Source: Nageia nagi
Taxonomy: Eukaryota > Plantae > Pinophyta
Assembly: GCA_050084985.1 (NCBI GenBank)
Contig: JBITNC010000001.1
Coordinates: forward strand, 197,222,001-197,286,000
Length of the DNA stretch: 64,000 bases
Direction: 5' to 3'
Below the pieces are notes generated by a model. That model was not told where the DNA came from. It worked only from the letters and a program-made list of their open reading frames with translations, and ran no database searches. Shown here piece by piece: positions 49,919 through 62,073 of the stretch. Every line of letters begins with the position of its first letter. Within the stretch, counting starts at the first letter, position 1. A program made the translations under genes and the position numbers.

Positions 49919-52058
49919 TCACAAGTACATGTACAAGAGCAAAATCAGGTACCAAAATTTGTGTTTTATATATATCATGATCAAAATGTTTTTGTTTACA
50001 ATACAACTGGATGAGATTACATAGAATGATTTAGAATCTCCTAGTAGACCCCCTCCCCCTACATTAGAGCTAGTAGCCCTGCTAGATGTACCACCCCCGC
50101 ACCGTGCCTTGTACTTCTCTGCGCGTGCCTTCTCCTCGCCGATCTGTCTCTCGGCCTGGCGAAGCTGCTCATAGAGGGCCTTGATTTCCTTGTTGGCTGC
50201 CTGTAGGTCTTGATAGATACCGGTATAATCCCCTCCTCCGAACCGTAGACGAACCTGTAGCTCTCTAATCTCCTCATCCTTCTGACCGATTTGACCACGC
50301 AGCTTAGCCATATCAACCTTAGGATCTGTGACATAGCATAAACATATCGTGTTAGCCCCTTGCATATCATGAAAGGCAGAAAGTCAAAGTAAAGTAACAG
50401 TGAAAATAGGTTACCATCATCATCCTCATCGTAGTCTTCCTCCTCCCAATCTGTATCCGTCTCATACTCAGGTTCATACTCATCCTGGTCTGGATTGGTC
50501 TCCTCGTCATCATGACCTGCATCTAGAGACGTGTCGTGAGCATATGTCGGGCTACTCTCTCCTCCCCACCCTCCCGCCGTGAAGGGAGCGTCCCATCGGG
50601 TCTGTATGTCTCCTGTGTCTTCATCCTCCCATGCATCGTCACCCGGGTCAGCATCATGAATGCCTATGTGGTGAGGACGGCGTGTCCTCCACCAGTCTAG
50701 GTAGTCCTCTGTGTGATCAGGTCCATCTATGTCATCATCGACCCCATGGTCGGAGTCCTCGCTAGGGGACTCCCAATCTGAGTCCCAGTCAGGTACTGGC
50801 TCATAGTCCTCTGGGAGATGCCTGCTACGGTAGTAGCGAACCACTATCCTGCAATCATCCGGTATGCCCTGCTGGAGGCCGAACTGACGGAGTACCTGCT
50901 CTGGCCTGTATGGCTCCACTAGTGCCCTACGCGCCTGTAGGTATGTAGGGTGTCTCACCCATGCCATCTCCTGTATGTCCTCCTCCTACTCCGGCACACC
51001 TCCCTGATAGGGACGCCAGTATATCTGCGCCTCCTGCAGTAGGTCAAATCGTACCCGCCATCCCTCTAGGTTCACGCCAGGAAAATCTGGTCCCTCTGTC
51101 GTCGCCCACCGTTGCCAAGTGGGTACATCATCTGGCTGATCTAGGGGCAACGTCGTCGGTCTAGAGATGACGATGTGATCATATGCCCACACCTGCAGTA
51201 TCATAGAATGAGCCACCTGTCTCTCCCCTCTCTCCACCTCTGCAAAGCCGTGCAGGTCATGATAGAGTTGCGCTAGTATTGCGGGGCACCATGCATATCG
51301 TTGCTTGTGTGTCACCATGTCCTGAATGATAGGAACTATGCCCACAGGAAAGGTCTCACTACTCTTGTTTGGGTAGACAATAGCATCCAAAAGGTAGGCA
51401 ATGAGGAGTCTCATCCGTAGGTCACCCCGTGCTGGAGGATACTCTGACACATGTCTCACTAGGGACACACCCCTCTTCCTGTGGTTGACTTCATCTGATC
51501 CCGTCAGCCATGTAGCCCATACCTCTGCCTGTTCCAGGCTTGGAATAGGAATCATATTCACTAGCCTTCCCCTGATAGGAAGTCTAGTGATCCTGTAGAT
51601 ATCCTCTAGTGTCACTGTAATCTCACCAGTTGGAAGGTGAAAGGTGTTGGAGTTTGGATCCCACCTCTCCATCAAAGCTGTCAGCATGTTGTGGTCATGA
51701 AACACAGTCAGCAAACGCAAGGTAGCTGAACGAAATGTCCTCTAGAATGCTCCGGGTTGCGTCAGTTTGTGGCCACTGTTGGGCAGTGGTGAAGGCGGCA
51801 CTCTTGCCGGATGGTCGCATAAGGTATGCACGGTCCTGCAAGAAAAGAATGACAAAAGGCAAGTCAGTATCAAGATATGAAATACAGATAGCAAAAAACA
51901 GTACTGGTAAAGAGGACCTCCCATGGTCTAGATCAGGTGAGAAGGACCGCCCACGGTCCAAACTAGGGCAGAAAGGACCGCCAGCGGTCCTGTTTTCGTG
52001 CACGAAGGTCAATGAAACCCGAGGTGTAGGTTCGTACGGATGAGCATAGTACAACCAT
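49919..52058 (-). pseudogene. Antisense spliced plant mobile domain (PMD, aminotransferase-like) gene with acidic tract and coiled-coil tail
   Basis: LTALMERWDPNSNTFHLPTGEITVTLEDIY, YAW..AILAQLY..L, LQVWAYDH, WRPY, RQFG. Intron 50326-50414 (GT-AG) restores the frame; probable intron 51836-51904. One frameshift near 51720 and an in-frame TAG at 50986. TATAAAA near 52440; start codon uncertain. Confidence 0.88.
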
Positions 52059-52762
52059 GATACCAGAAATTCGAAAAAAACAGAATAAAAAGGGAAAAAC
52101 GAAGGGCTAGGGTATTCAACAGGAAAACCCTAGGGGCAATTCGGAAAACCAGTGTATAGGCGGCTAAAATCTGAAAACAAGCAAAAGCATAGCAAGGAAG
52201 AGGTAGGAGATGCAATGTACCTGATGACCAGCAGGAGAATCAGCCACCAAGGCAACTCTGTGTCCATCTCGGCGTGTGATCGGTAGGGCCATAGCATGCA
52301 GCAGCAATACAGGAAGAATCACCTAGTGATAGCGACAAAAGCACCAGCTAAACCTCTCTGAATCAGTCTCTCAAGCTCTAGGATACTCTCAGCTATGAAA
52401 ATGACAGGGTGATCAAATGAGGAAGGGGGGGCCCCTTTTATAGAAAAGTTAGGGCACATATTTCAAGACGAATTTCGATTTGAGCATTTGGTATACGTGG
52501 ATGAGCAAACAGGTATCAATTTGGAATCCAGGGGTGATTCGCAGAGACCTGATCTTCACGGTTTTCGATGAATCTGCAAGAAAAGGACCGCCCGCGGTCT
52601 TAGGTTAAGACCGCCGGCGTTCCAAGTTTGCAAAAAAAGGACCGCCCGCGTTCCTTTATCCAGAAAATCAGCTTATCTAAGTATCATGGGTGTATCACAG
52701 GTGTTTGATCAACGTTATATCCAGGAGAATATTGCTTTGAGTTTCGTGTTTGCAGACCCGAA

Positions 52763-53145
52763 TTATCAGCTTACCATGCTTATGAGTGGAGTCCCAGCTC
52801 CCATTATCAGCTTATCATGCCTATGAGTGGAGTCCCAGCTCCCATTATCAGCTTATCATGCCTATGAGTGGAGTCCCAGCTCCCATAATCAGCTTATCAT
52901 GCCTATGAGTGGAGTTTCAGCTCCCGTTATCAGCTTACCATGCTTATGAGTGGAGTCCCAGCTCCCATTATCAGCTTATCATGCCTATAAGTGGAGTCCC
53001 AGCTCCCATAATCAGCTTATCATGCCTATGAGTGGAGTCCCAGCTCCCATTATCAGTTTGTCATGCCTATGAGTGGAGTTCCAGCTCCCGTTATCAGCTT
53101 ATCATGCTTATGAGTGGAGTCCAGCTCCCATTATCAGTTTATCAT
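52763..53145. repeat. 41-bp tandem repeat, ~9 copies
   Basis: TTATCAGCTTATCATGCCTATGAGTGGAGTCCCAGCTCCCA, starting at 52763, 52804, 52845 and so on. Confidence 0.95.
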
Positions 53146-53167
53146 GCATCTTGGTGGAGTGTTAGCT

Positions 53168-54038
53168 TTATCAGTTTATCACTTGTTTTGCGGAGTTCGG
53201 TTCTTATGCAACTGCAGTACACCTCTTGGTGCGAAGGCTCAGTTGTGTGGAACTTAGCTCTCACATATCAGCTTATCACTTGTTTTGCGGAGTTCGGTTC
53301 TTATGCGACTGCAGTACACCTCTTGGTGCGAAGGCTCAGTTGTGTGGAACTTAGCTCTCACATATCAGCTTATCACTTGTTTTGCGGAGTTCGGTTCTCA
53401 TGCAACTGCAGTACACCTCTTGGTGCGAAGGCTCAGTTGTGTGGAACTTAGCTCTCATATATCAACTTATCACTTGTTTTGCGGAGTTCAGTTCTTATGC
53501 AACTGCAGTACACCTCTTGGTGCGAAGGCTCAGTTGTGTGGAACTTAGCTCTCACATATCAGCTTATCACTTGTTTTGCGGAGTTCGGTTCTTATGCAAC
53601 TGCAGTACACCTCTTGGTGCGAAGGCTCAGTTGTGTGGAACTTAGCTCTCATGTATCAGCTTATCACTTGTTTTGCGGAGTTCGGTTCTTATGCAACTGC
53701 AGTACACCTCTTGGTGCGAAGGCTCAGTTGTGTGGAACTTAGCTCTCATGTATCAGCTTATCACTTGTTTTGCGGAGTTCGGTTCTTATGCAACTGCAGT
53801 ACACCTCTTGGTGCTAAGGCTCAGTTGTGTGGAACTTAGCTCTCACATATCAGCTTATCATTGTTTTGCAGAGTTCGGTTCTTATGCAACTGCAGTACAC
53901 CTCTTGGTGCGAAGGCTCAGTTGTGTGGAACTTAGCTCTCACATATCAGCTTATCATTGTTTTGCGGAGTTCGGTTCTTATGCAACTGCAGTACACCTCT
54001 TGATGCGAAGGCTCGGTTGTGTGGAACTTAGCTCTCCC
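53168..54038. repeat. 97-bp tandem repeat, ~9 copies
   Basis: Near-identical ORFs recur every 97 bp (53285, 53382, 53479, 53576, 53673). Confidence 0.95.
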
Positions 54039-54054
54039 CTGTGTGTGGTTATGG

Positions 54055-54300
54055 TTATCATGTCTTGTCTTGTGAGTTGGTCATGTGTGTTATCATGTCT
54101 TGTGAGTTGGTCATGTGTGTTATCATGTCTTGTGAGTTGGTCATGTGTGTTATCATGTCTTGTCTTGTGAGTTGGTTATGTGTTATCATGTCTTGTCTTA
54201 TGAGTTGGTCATGTGTGTTGTCATGTTTTGTCTTGTGATGTGGTCTTGTCAAGTCGTCTGTCCGGTCATTGTCATGTGTGTTGTCAGGTTTGTTGTCATG
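54055..54300. repeat. ~30-35-bp tandem repeat (TCATGTCTTGTGAGTTGGTCATGTGTGTTA), decaying
   Basis: Read directly. Confidence 0.85.
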
Positions 54301-57300
54301 GGTCATCAGCATTGCGGCAAGATTATCAGCTCATTAGATGATCAGATATATCAGGCTGTCATCCTCTACAGCAAAACGCAAGGGGCACGCATGCCCAAGG
54401 TAATATCAAAAGGGAGTTTTCTTAACCTATATCTAGTACTAATAAGCTTTATCATGATGTTGTTTAAGATTAGAATGGTTAATGTTTATCATTGCTTATC
54501 AAAATTGTTTGCTATGATGTTGTGTTTTTACTTTGAATGCAAAATCTCAAGTCACCTCATGTTTCTTTCGATTTCACATCCAAAGTGGGGCATCTGTTAA
54601 CACATAAAAATGAATTTATGTTTTTAAATCAATAAATTAATGAAATATGCTTGGCCTAAATATATGTCTTGAATGTATTAAAGTGATAATGTCAATGTTT
54701 GTCTTGAATATGAATTTTATAATGATTATCTTGAATATTGCATGGATTATCTTGTTTATTGGTGTGTTTATCTTGAATCTTGTGAATTAACCTTATTTAT
54801 GTGGATGCACGCTGACCCATGGGCGGTATTATCTATTATCTATATAAATAAGGGATCTAATAGTAAGTCCACAATAACAAGGATACACATGATCCTGCGT
54901 ATGGTCTTGTAAGTGGCTACCCCTTAAGGTATCTCTTGGTACCGCCTACAAGGCTGTGGTTTGTGTGCTTCCTTACGTGAGCTATCCTGACATCTACGAT
55001 CAATTCTGATATCATACTGCTATCTGAGACATCTACATTGAAGTTTTGGACTAATCGAGAGGTCAAAACTATCAAACGAAGGCCGTCGGCGCTCCTTTGT
55101 GAACGGAAGAACACCGCCGACGCTCTTATACCACTGAAACGGACCGCCCGCGGTCCTCTTTTTGCATCCTTGCAGGTCACGACGTTGTGGGAAAGGCAGC
55201 TTATCATCAGTACATCGCCAATATCTGCGTCTTTCGTTGTCAGGTACGTTCCGTGAGGTAAGTACACAAATTACAGTCTTGGTTGGTACAATTAACTTCT
55301 GAATTGGTTATGTTGTTTATTGTTATCTAGAATAAATTGCTATCCGTAGCTTAAATACAGATAATATTGAGTTTGTAGATATTTGCCTATTTACTTATTT
55401 GCACGCTCAATTTTATTTGTAAACAACTAGTCAGCATTGAAGGCTCACCTCAGCCATAGGGGTATGATATCTGGGTGGTTTTCTAGAGAGGCAAAGTGTA
55501 GCTGAAGATACCAAAAGATTCTTGCAAGACAACCCTTAGCTATCTCCTACCATTGCTTGAGGGCAAGCAATTCGAGAGGGGAGGCTTTGTGGACCATTGA
55601 TAAAATGTGTCATGGTCACTTTGTAATCTAGTGTTTTGTTTATGATCTTGTTGTACGTGTAACTCAAGCAAGAGCTTATGGTCTACAGACCCCACTGTGA
55701 GCCCAGTAATGGGACGTCTCCCTTGAGTAGTATTGTGTTAACTTGTAATGGGTTATCCCGGATTGTGGGAATCCCTAGATAGGCATGAGTCTTGTACAAT
55801 CCAAAGTGAGTAGAAGGATACACCAACGTTGGGAGGCCCCACTTACCCCATGTTGGCTTATGAGGTCACCTGGACTCCCATGTCAGCTTGAGGAGGCCCA
55901 TTAGACCCCACGTTAGCATTGAGGACCTATATAACCCCCACGTTGGCACACTGGGCCCATGGGAATGTTAGCATACTAGGCCAATAGGACCCCCACGTTG
56001 GCATACTGGGCCAATATGACCCCCACATTGGCATGGTTGACTTGTTGACCCCAACGTTGGAATAGACTTGGCTTGGGATGATAATGAGGTATGATAAATA
56101 GACACGTGAGGCTATATATTAAGGATGGAGCTCCATGAGGAGGTTAGCTATTGATTATACTTCTTCTATACTGAACCCGATCAGGCATACAAGTCTTGGT
56201 GATGCTGAGCAATATTCCTAGACGGTGTCTAGAGGAGTGACAGGGTTGGGAGCCTGACATTCTACGACTTAGGTGGATCACCTAGTCCATCAGGTGGTAT
56301 TCCGAGGGTGAGCTTTTACCTTCAGTGGTTGCCAGGGTTCGAGGAGGCTCCTTCGCAGGAGAGGATTCAAAGTATGAGGGAGTTAGTCTTTCCTGTGGTG
56401 TTCGGCTTGTACAAGGGTTTGGAACCCTAGATTTGGATGTTGAGATCCTCATTGTACTCCATTGTTATTCCATGATATAATACAGCTTGTGTCTCTCTCC
56501 ATTGTGTTGTTCATTGTTTATATATGCGTGTGTCTCTTGTATACTGGTGTAGGAAGCTTTATTGCATTTGTGGGTGTTCAAGCATTGCATATTCATCTGT
56601 GAGGCATTCGTTGAGGTGCCAAGTGTTGGTGTGTGCCCTAGAGGGCTAACGTCAGGGTGTAGGGGTTGCGTGGAGGCCTTGGGAGGCTCACGTTTGCATT
56701 GTAGTGTCCTTGGGTGCCCTAGGGGCCCAACGTGGGTGTGTCTGTATCATTGGTTGAGGGTTTGAATACCGTAGTACAGTTGTTTTTGTTGAGGGTGATT
56801 TTGGAACATCACAGAATTCATTATGGAAGTGACCCTAGGTTAAGAATGCAGAAAGGGATTATTAAAGGAGTTCTATCATGACCTTTGATCACATTGGCAC
56901 GACAAATCTGCAAAGTAGCATTCTTGTGTGGAGACATGGTGATTAGTAGTAACCCAAGACATGAACCACCATATATCAGGTTGGTATTTACCTCCATTTA
57001 GAGTATTTGCTTTACATAGACCTCTTATCTTTTATTTGATGTCAATTAATTACACAAATAATGTAGGCTTTCTTTGCGTGCTTCTCTATTTTACAGATCC
57101 TTGCCAATACACATTTACAAAATGTTTTTCTTCAACTCTTTTTGTTGTTACTAAAAAGAAGAAAAATCTACTTAATCTGATCCTGTTTTAGGGTTTGGTC
57201 TGTGCTTACAATTCTTGAATACATTTCAATTCCACTAGATGTCTTTTTGATAGTGTGAAAAGATGAGATATTTGTGTTATTCAAATTATTATAAAAATTT

Positions 57301-60300
57301 GAGCGTATATTTGAGATATACATTATTTGGGGTGGGGAGTTAGGGGGGAAGATGTAGGACAGTCCACTACAAAGGGGATGCCTTCTTCTGCATCCCCTAT
57401 TATCCCTTGTGTCTTAGGGATATCAAGGATGTCTTTTAGTACTGAAGACATAAGGGGTGTATGTTCTTGGGTAACATTGGATTTGCTAATACTTTTAAGA
57501 GGTTTTTAGATTCTTAGTATTAGTGATTTGGCTATGTTATATTTGAGGAAGAATGGTCTCCAAAAGGAGTATATAACAAGAAGTTAAAATTTGTAGTGTC
57601 GGGGCCTTGAAAGATTCTAAAAAGATAAATAAATACAAGGTTGATCTTTGAAATCCACATGCCATCTAGCTTACATGAAGTTTATAGAGAACTTAGTGCA
57701 AATAAAGAAAAAAATATGTATTAATGTCCATGAGTGACCAAAATAGTTTAGTGGGGCTTGAAAGGTACATCTAGCTACAAAGGCAGAGCGCTAGAGTTTG
57801 GGAACCCTAGGGATTGACATTAAAGGACTATAAAAACAAAAATTAGAGTCTATCAATAGGAAAGGAAATAGTGATAAATCTGATAACATCGAGAGGAGCT
57901 TGTTTGGGACTATTAGGAATTGGTGCCATCATTGTCTACTACTATGAAAGGGCCAATGATAGATCTAATACTCCCTGGTCCAATGAAAGCACTATTTCCA
58001 CTCCGATGACCAAATAGCTCAACCGCTTCTGTAGTATATTTGCTGGTTTTACGCACAATACAATTCATTGATGGATTTGTATTTCATCAGAGGATGATTG
58101 CTTAGAGCTCGGAAGACTATGCTAAGTCTCCTAACATCCAAGGCCAATGGATCTCCTGTAGTAGAAAGGAAACTGGTGATGTGCGCCTATCTCCTTAACT
58201 CGAGTTGCGGGAAAGAGGAACTAAATCATCCATGATGATGGGTAGTAGGACAATGGCATCTGGAGCGGAGATGAAAGTACTAGCGTACACTTATAATTGT
58301 GCATGAAGGTAGGCATTGTCGCACTCACTTGTCCTCGCTATTGTGTGGAATGGTGCCATCAGGGGGTTGTTTAGTGCCTCCAACATTAGGGATGGGCTGG
58401 AAAAAGGAGCAGATCAACTTGGTAGTCTGAGGGTTTTCTGGTAGACTTTTGTAGAGCTTTACATCTGAAGGTAATAACCTCTCAAATGAAAGGGCCAAGC
58501 ATCTCTAGTTGGGGTAGCGAAAGAAGGTGAGTAAGGAACCTCCATATTCTTTGTACAAATATGGGTACCTACTTCAAATCTTGTAATAAATGGGGCATCG
58601 AAAAATGAACTGCTCTTCATTCTCCTAAGAGATCACATGGCTAATTGATAAAAAGACTATGTGAGAGAATGAGGAACTATGTGATGGATGATTATAAAAC
58701 GGGTAAATTGTATTTGGAAACCACAGGGTTTGCTGTAAAAAGAATAGAGAGCAGCTCACTAGGTGTGGAGGAAATAATTTAGGCATTATGTGTATGCAAG
58801 TGAAATGTGAGAAATATAACAGAAGAAATTAGAGACCGTTTGAACCTACATGCAAACTACCCTGCCTTAGATTGTTTTTGTTTTATTTTTATCATATAGA
58901 TAGAGAATACAATTAAGAAATTGAAAATTTTCTATTCACAAATCAAAATGAGCAAAAAAATTCATAATCTCGATAATAAGATCTATCAAATGAAGGAGGT
59001 TCCTTAGAATTCTCAAGGGAATTGAGAGATCGTTCTGAGCAATAGATTCAAAAGCTGAATTTAAGTAGCATGCTGAAGCCCTTAACCCTTTGAAATAGAT
59101 GTCTTAAGAGTGCAAGCATGAGTTTACTCTTTGTGGATTGTGGGGGCACAAGTTGTAACTTGTATTTTCATCAAGAAAAAGAGAAAGAAAGGGTTGAGTT
59201 GTAACACATAAACCTCAAATAGAGAACTGGGGAATTGTAGCAACATGACAGTTCAATACCTTCTATATGGATGAAGAATGGTGTTCTCTCATTGTACTAG
59301 AATTGTAGAACCTTGAAGTAAAAGGAATGGATGTTGGAGAAAATTGAAAGAGTTGGATCACATAAGTGAGTCACACAAATCAAGCAGGTTAAAACCAATG
59401 GAGCATAGAGGCTTACATCATCACTTAAGATGATGTAAACATGATATGGATGGTGACATAAGGAAAAGACGAGAGTTGTACCTTTTAAAGATGAGGTAAG
59501 ACATCACTTTAGGGTTAGGTAAATTATCAAATTAAGGTTAGGTTATCATTTGTCATGTTGAAATAGGTAGTACCGAGTCAATGAGTCAAAATGACCATTC
59601 TTATAATGTTAAGAAATTGTAGCTGTTCTTGTGACAGTTGCAGGTAAGACTGGATGTCTCAAGCCTAAGAACAATGTCCAATGAATGTAATAGAGTTCAT
59701 CTTTTAGTGGGACGATGTTCTTAATCATCGGACAAAACGTTGGATTACAGGGACATTTCAAAGGACATCAAGTGGCACAACAGGATCCAATCAGGTGTTG
59801 GATAGTGTTGACTCACAAGGGTCGTAATGAGATTATGTAGCCTGGATCAGTTTTTTTTTTGAATGCTCAAACAAGAAAAGGGAGAAAGGTGGTACTAGGA
59901 TGTGACTATAAGCGATCCAAAGCAGATCTGGCCAAGAAACAAGGTCACCAATGACTTTACATATGTTGCTTTATCTTCCGTTTGCAGCATAGGAATAACT
60001 TCTCCAGAAGGTCCTTGAGAATTTGAAGATTTTTTTGTCACATTTAAGAGTACATATAGGAGTGAAATGCTTTTCATAACTGCTTTTATTTTATCAACTA
60101 TGGCTGTCAAGATATCCCAAACAGCCAATTCTTGTTACAAAGAGAATATCTTGAAATGCATGTAGAATTTCTAACAGAAGATCAAGCAAAGTTACAGGTA
60201 TTCTGAAGAACTGTAGTCCGGGTTTAGAATTCACTTAAAAGCCCCTTTTATGAAAAAGTTATGCCCTTCGTAACAGACAGGATACATTTTATTATAAATG

Positions 60301-61569
60301 CAGAGGGATGATCCACCCGTCATTCCTAATCATAATTGTATCCTGATAATGGATCATAGGGTGTGGTCTGACATTTTCATCATTTCTTATGCAGTATTTT
60401 CGAGAAGCTTTCCACATAAGACAGGAAAAATATAACTGTAACACATCAATTATAATTTATGGTTTCTAATGCATAGTTAATATCTTAAAATATGTGACCA
60501 AGTGATGTCTTCAGCAAAGTTGTTGATCTTGGGGTAATGCAAGAGTAATTTAAAAAGATGTCAAGCTGGGAATGCTATGGCAATTGCAAGTTCGTCTCTT
60601 TTTATGTCATACATTTCATGTTCTAGGATTGAGTGGTAGAGAAAACAAGTTTGCATTTGAGTGATGATAAATGGTTATGGTTCCATATTATAGAAACGTG
60701 AAAGAGTTAGTTCCATTTTCTCTATGGGCTAGAACTTTAATTAAAATGTGCAATGTACTCTTCTTTGAGGGGGCCATACAAATACTTTTTGTGAGAGCTT
60801 TGAATGCAATATGAGTTATATAATTGGTTCTCAAGGGGACAACGTGATGGTTAAATGCTTTGATTTGTCGTTGGGAGGTCTTAAGTTCAAATCATTGTGG
60901 TTGATCCAATGAAATCATAGCGGGGCTCCGGCTCGACTACCGTTTGACTACAGTCAAACTATCTATTTATAGCCGCCAGATGGATGGAAGAGGACTGAGT
61001 TATATAATTCTTCAAAATATTCCTTATTAGTTGGCATGTTTGTTTTTTTCATCATTGCATTACAAATGTTTTTGTAGAATAATATCATAGTAACTTGGTT
61101 AAATATGAGATACCTTTGGAAATGTGCTATGATATTTTGTTAATAAGTTGCATCATAATTCTTCAAAATAAGTGGCTGCCTTATTAAAAATATTCAGTTT
61201 TAAAGTAGAATATTATCGTAGTAACTTGGTTATGTACATCTTATAATTAATTGCCTTGTTGCTTTTCTATGGGCTACTCCGATGCTAAATTTTAAATTAT
61301 CCATTATTCGTTGAAATGATTGCTATTTCATGGTTGGTTATCATACTAGTTTTTTAACGAGTCAAATAGTTTTATGGTTGGAAATCGTTTTCCTGTACAA
61401 TGTTTGATTGTTATTGCTTTTGTACAGCTACTTTGATGGCTAATTTTAAATTATCTATTTTTCCTTCAAATAGTTTCTATTTCATTAATGGTTATTTTGA
61501 ATGAATCATATATTATTATGGTCTGAAGTCCTTTTCGTTCCCTCTAATATTGCATATCTTAAAAACTAG

Positions 61570-61692
61570 GTTGTTAGAAAACGTGCAATAATGAAGAGGC
61601 GTGGCATACAAGAAGATACTTTGGATGGAACAAAAGAAGAAACAAGTCGTGATCTTTCAACTGCACGCAATCGTCCCAAGCGTGAAGAGTAA
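61570..61692 (+). CDS. HCF153: HCF153-like protein, exon 2 (VVRKRAIMKRRGIQEDTLDGTKEETSRDLSTARNRPKREE*)
   Basis: Acceptor CTAG|G at 61569, with an upstream pyrimidine tract and CTAAT branch-like site. Phase 0 matches exon 1. C-terminal RNRPKRE is the conserved HCF153 ending. Not in the ORF track. Confidence 0.85.
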   Translation, partial: VVRKRAIMKRRGIQEDTLDGTKEETSRDLSTARNRPKREE

Positions 61693-62073
61693 TATGAAAA
61701 ATGCATTTGAATCCATGCACAGAAGTATAATTATGAAAAATGCATTTGAATCCATGCACACAAGTATAATTATGTTGTTGGCTTCAAAGCACTACCATTA
61801 CAACAATCTATTATCTTTCTATTTAGTTGTATTTTTCAGTGTGTAGAAGGATTCAAAGCACTATCATCACAAATCATTTATTATTCTTCTTACAACAATC
61901 TATTATCCTTCTATTTAGTTGTATTTTTCAGTGTGTAGAAGGATTCAAAGCACTATCATCACAAATCATTTATTATTCTTCTTACAACAATCTATTATCC
62001 TTCTATTTAGTTGTATTTTTCAGTGTGTAGAAGGATTCAAAGCACTATCATCACAAATCATTTATTATTCTTC
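61693..62073. repeat. Tandem repeats right after the stop codon: 39 bp x2 (61693-61770) and 92 bp x3 (61799-62073)
   Basis: CAACAATCTATTATC starts at 61801, 61893 and 61985. TATGAAAAATGCATTTGAATCC starts at 61693 and 61732. Confidence 0.9.

Larger units (their letters stand above)
47490..55425 (+). mobile_element. Young pol-less Gypsy (Tat/Ogre-like) LTR element with gag and an antisense PMD gene
   Basis: LTRs 47490-48321 and 54595-55425, with about ten differences by eye. Perfect TSD ACTAG (47485-47489, 55426-55430). PBS present; PPT AAAGTGGGG. Confidence 0.95.
46617..56813 (+). mobile_element. 3' half of another gag-protease family element (LTR 55588-56813), host of the 47490-55425 insertion
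   Basis: VRENFYLYPLMGHPHVILGVQWL at 46617. The internal region resumes after the ACTAG TSD. PPT GAGAGGGGAGG precedes 55588; LTR ends ...CATCACA. Confidence 0.85.
2480..61569 (+). other. ~59 kb GT-AG intron of the HCF153-like gene, packed with nested TEs
   Basis: Joining 2479 to 61570 gives a contiguous 146-aa HCF153-like protein. No other host exon was recognised in between. Confidence 0.8.

Noticed and set aside
53032-54600. Series of near-identical 87-aa ORFs; CRISPR-like appearance
   Set aside because: These are head-to-tail 41/97/30-bp tandem repeats with no unique spacers and no cas genes, in a eukaryotic TE.
56814-60800. Possible extra exons or genes in the distal intron, including ORF 59895-60128
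   Set aside because: No recognisable protein motifs, and HCF153 is complete without them. Probably old TE debris that I could not classify.
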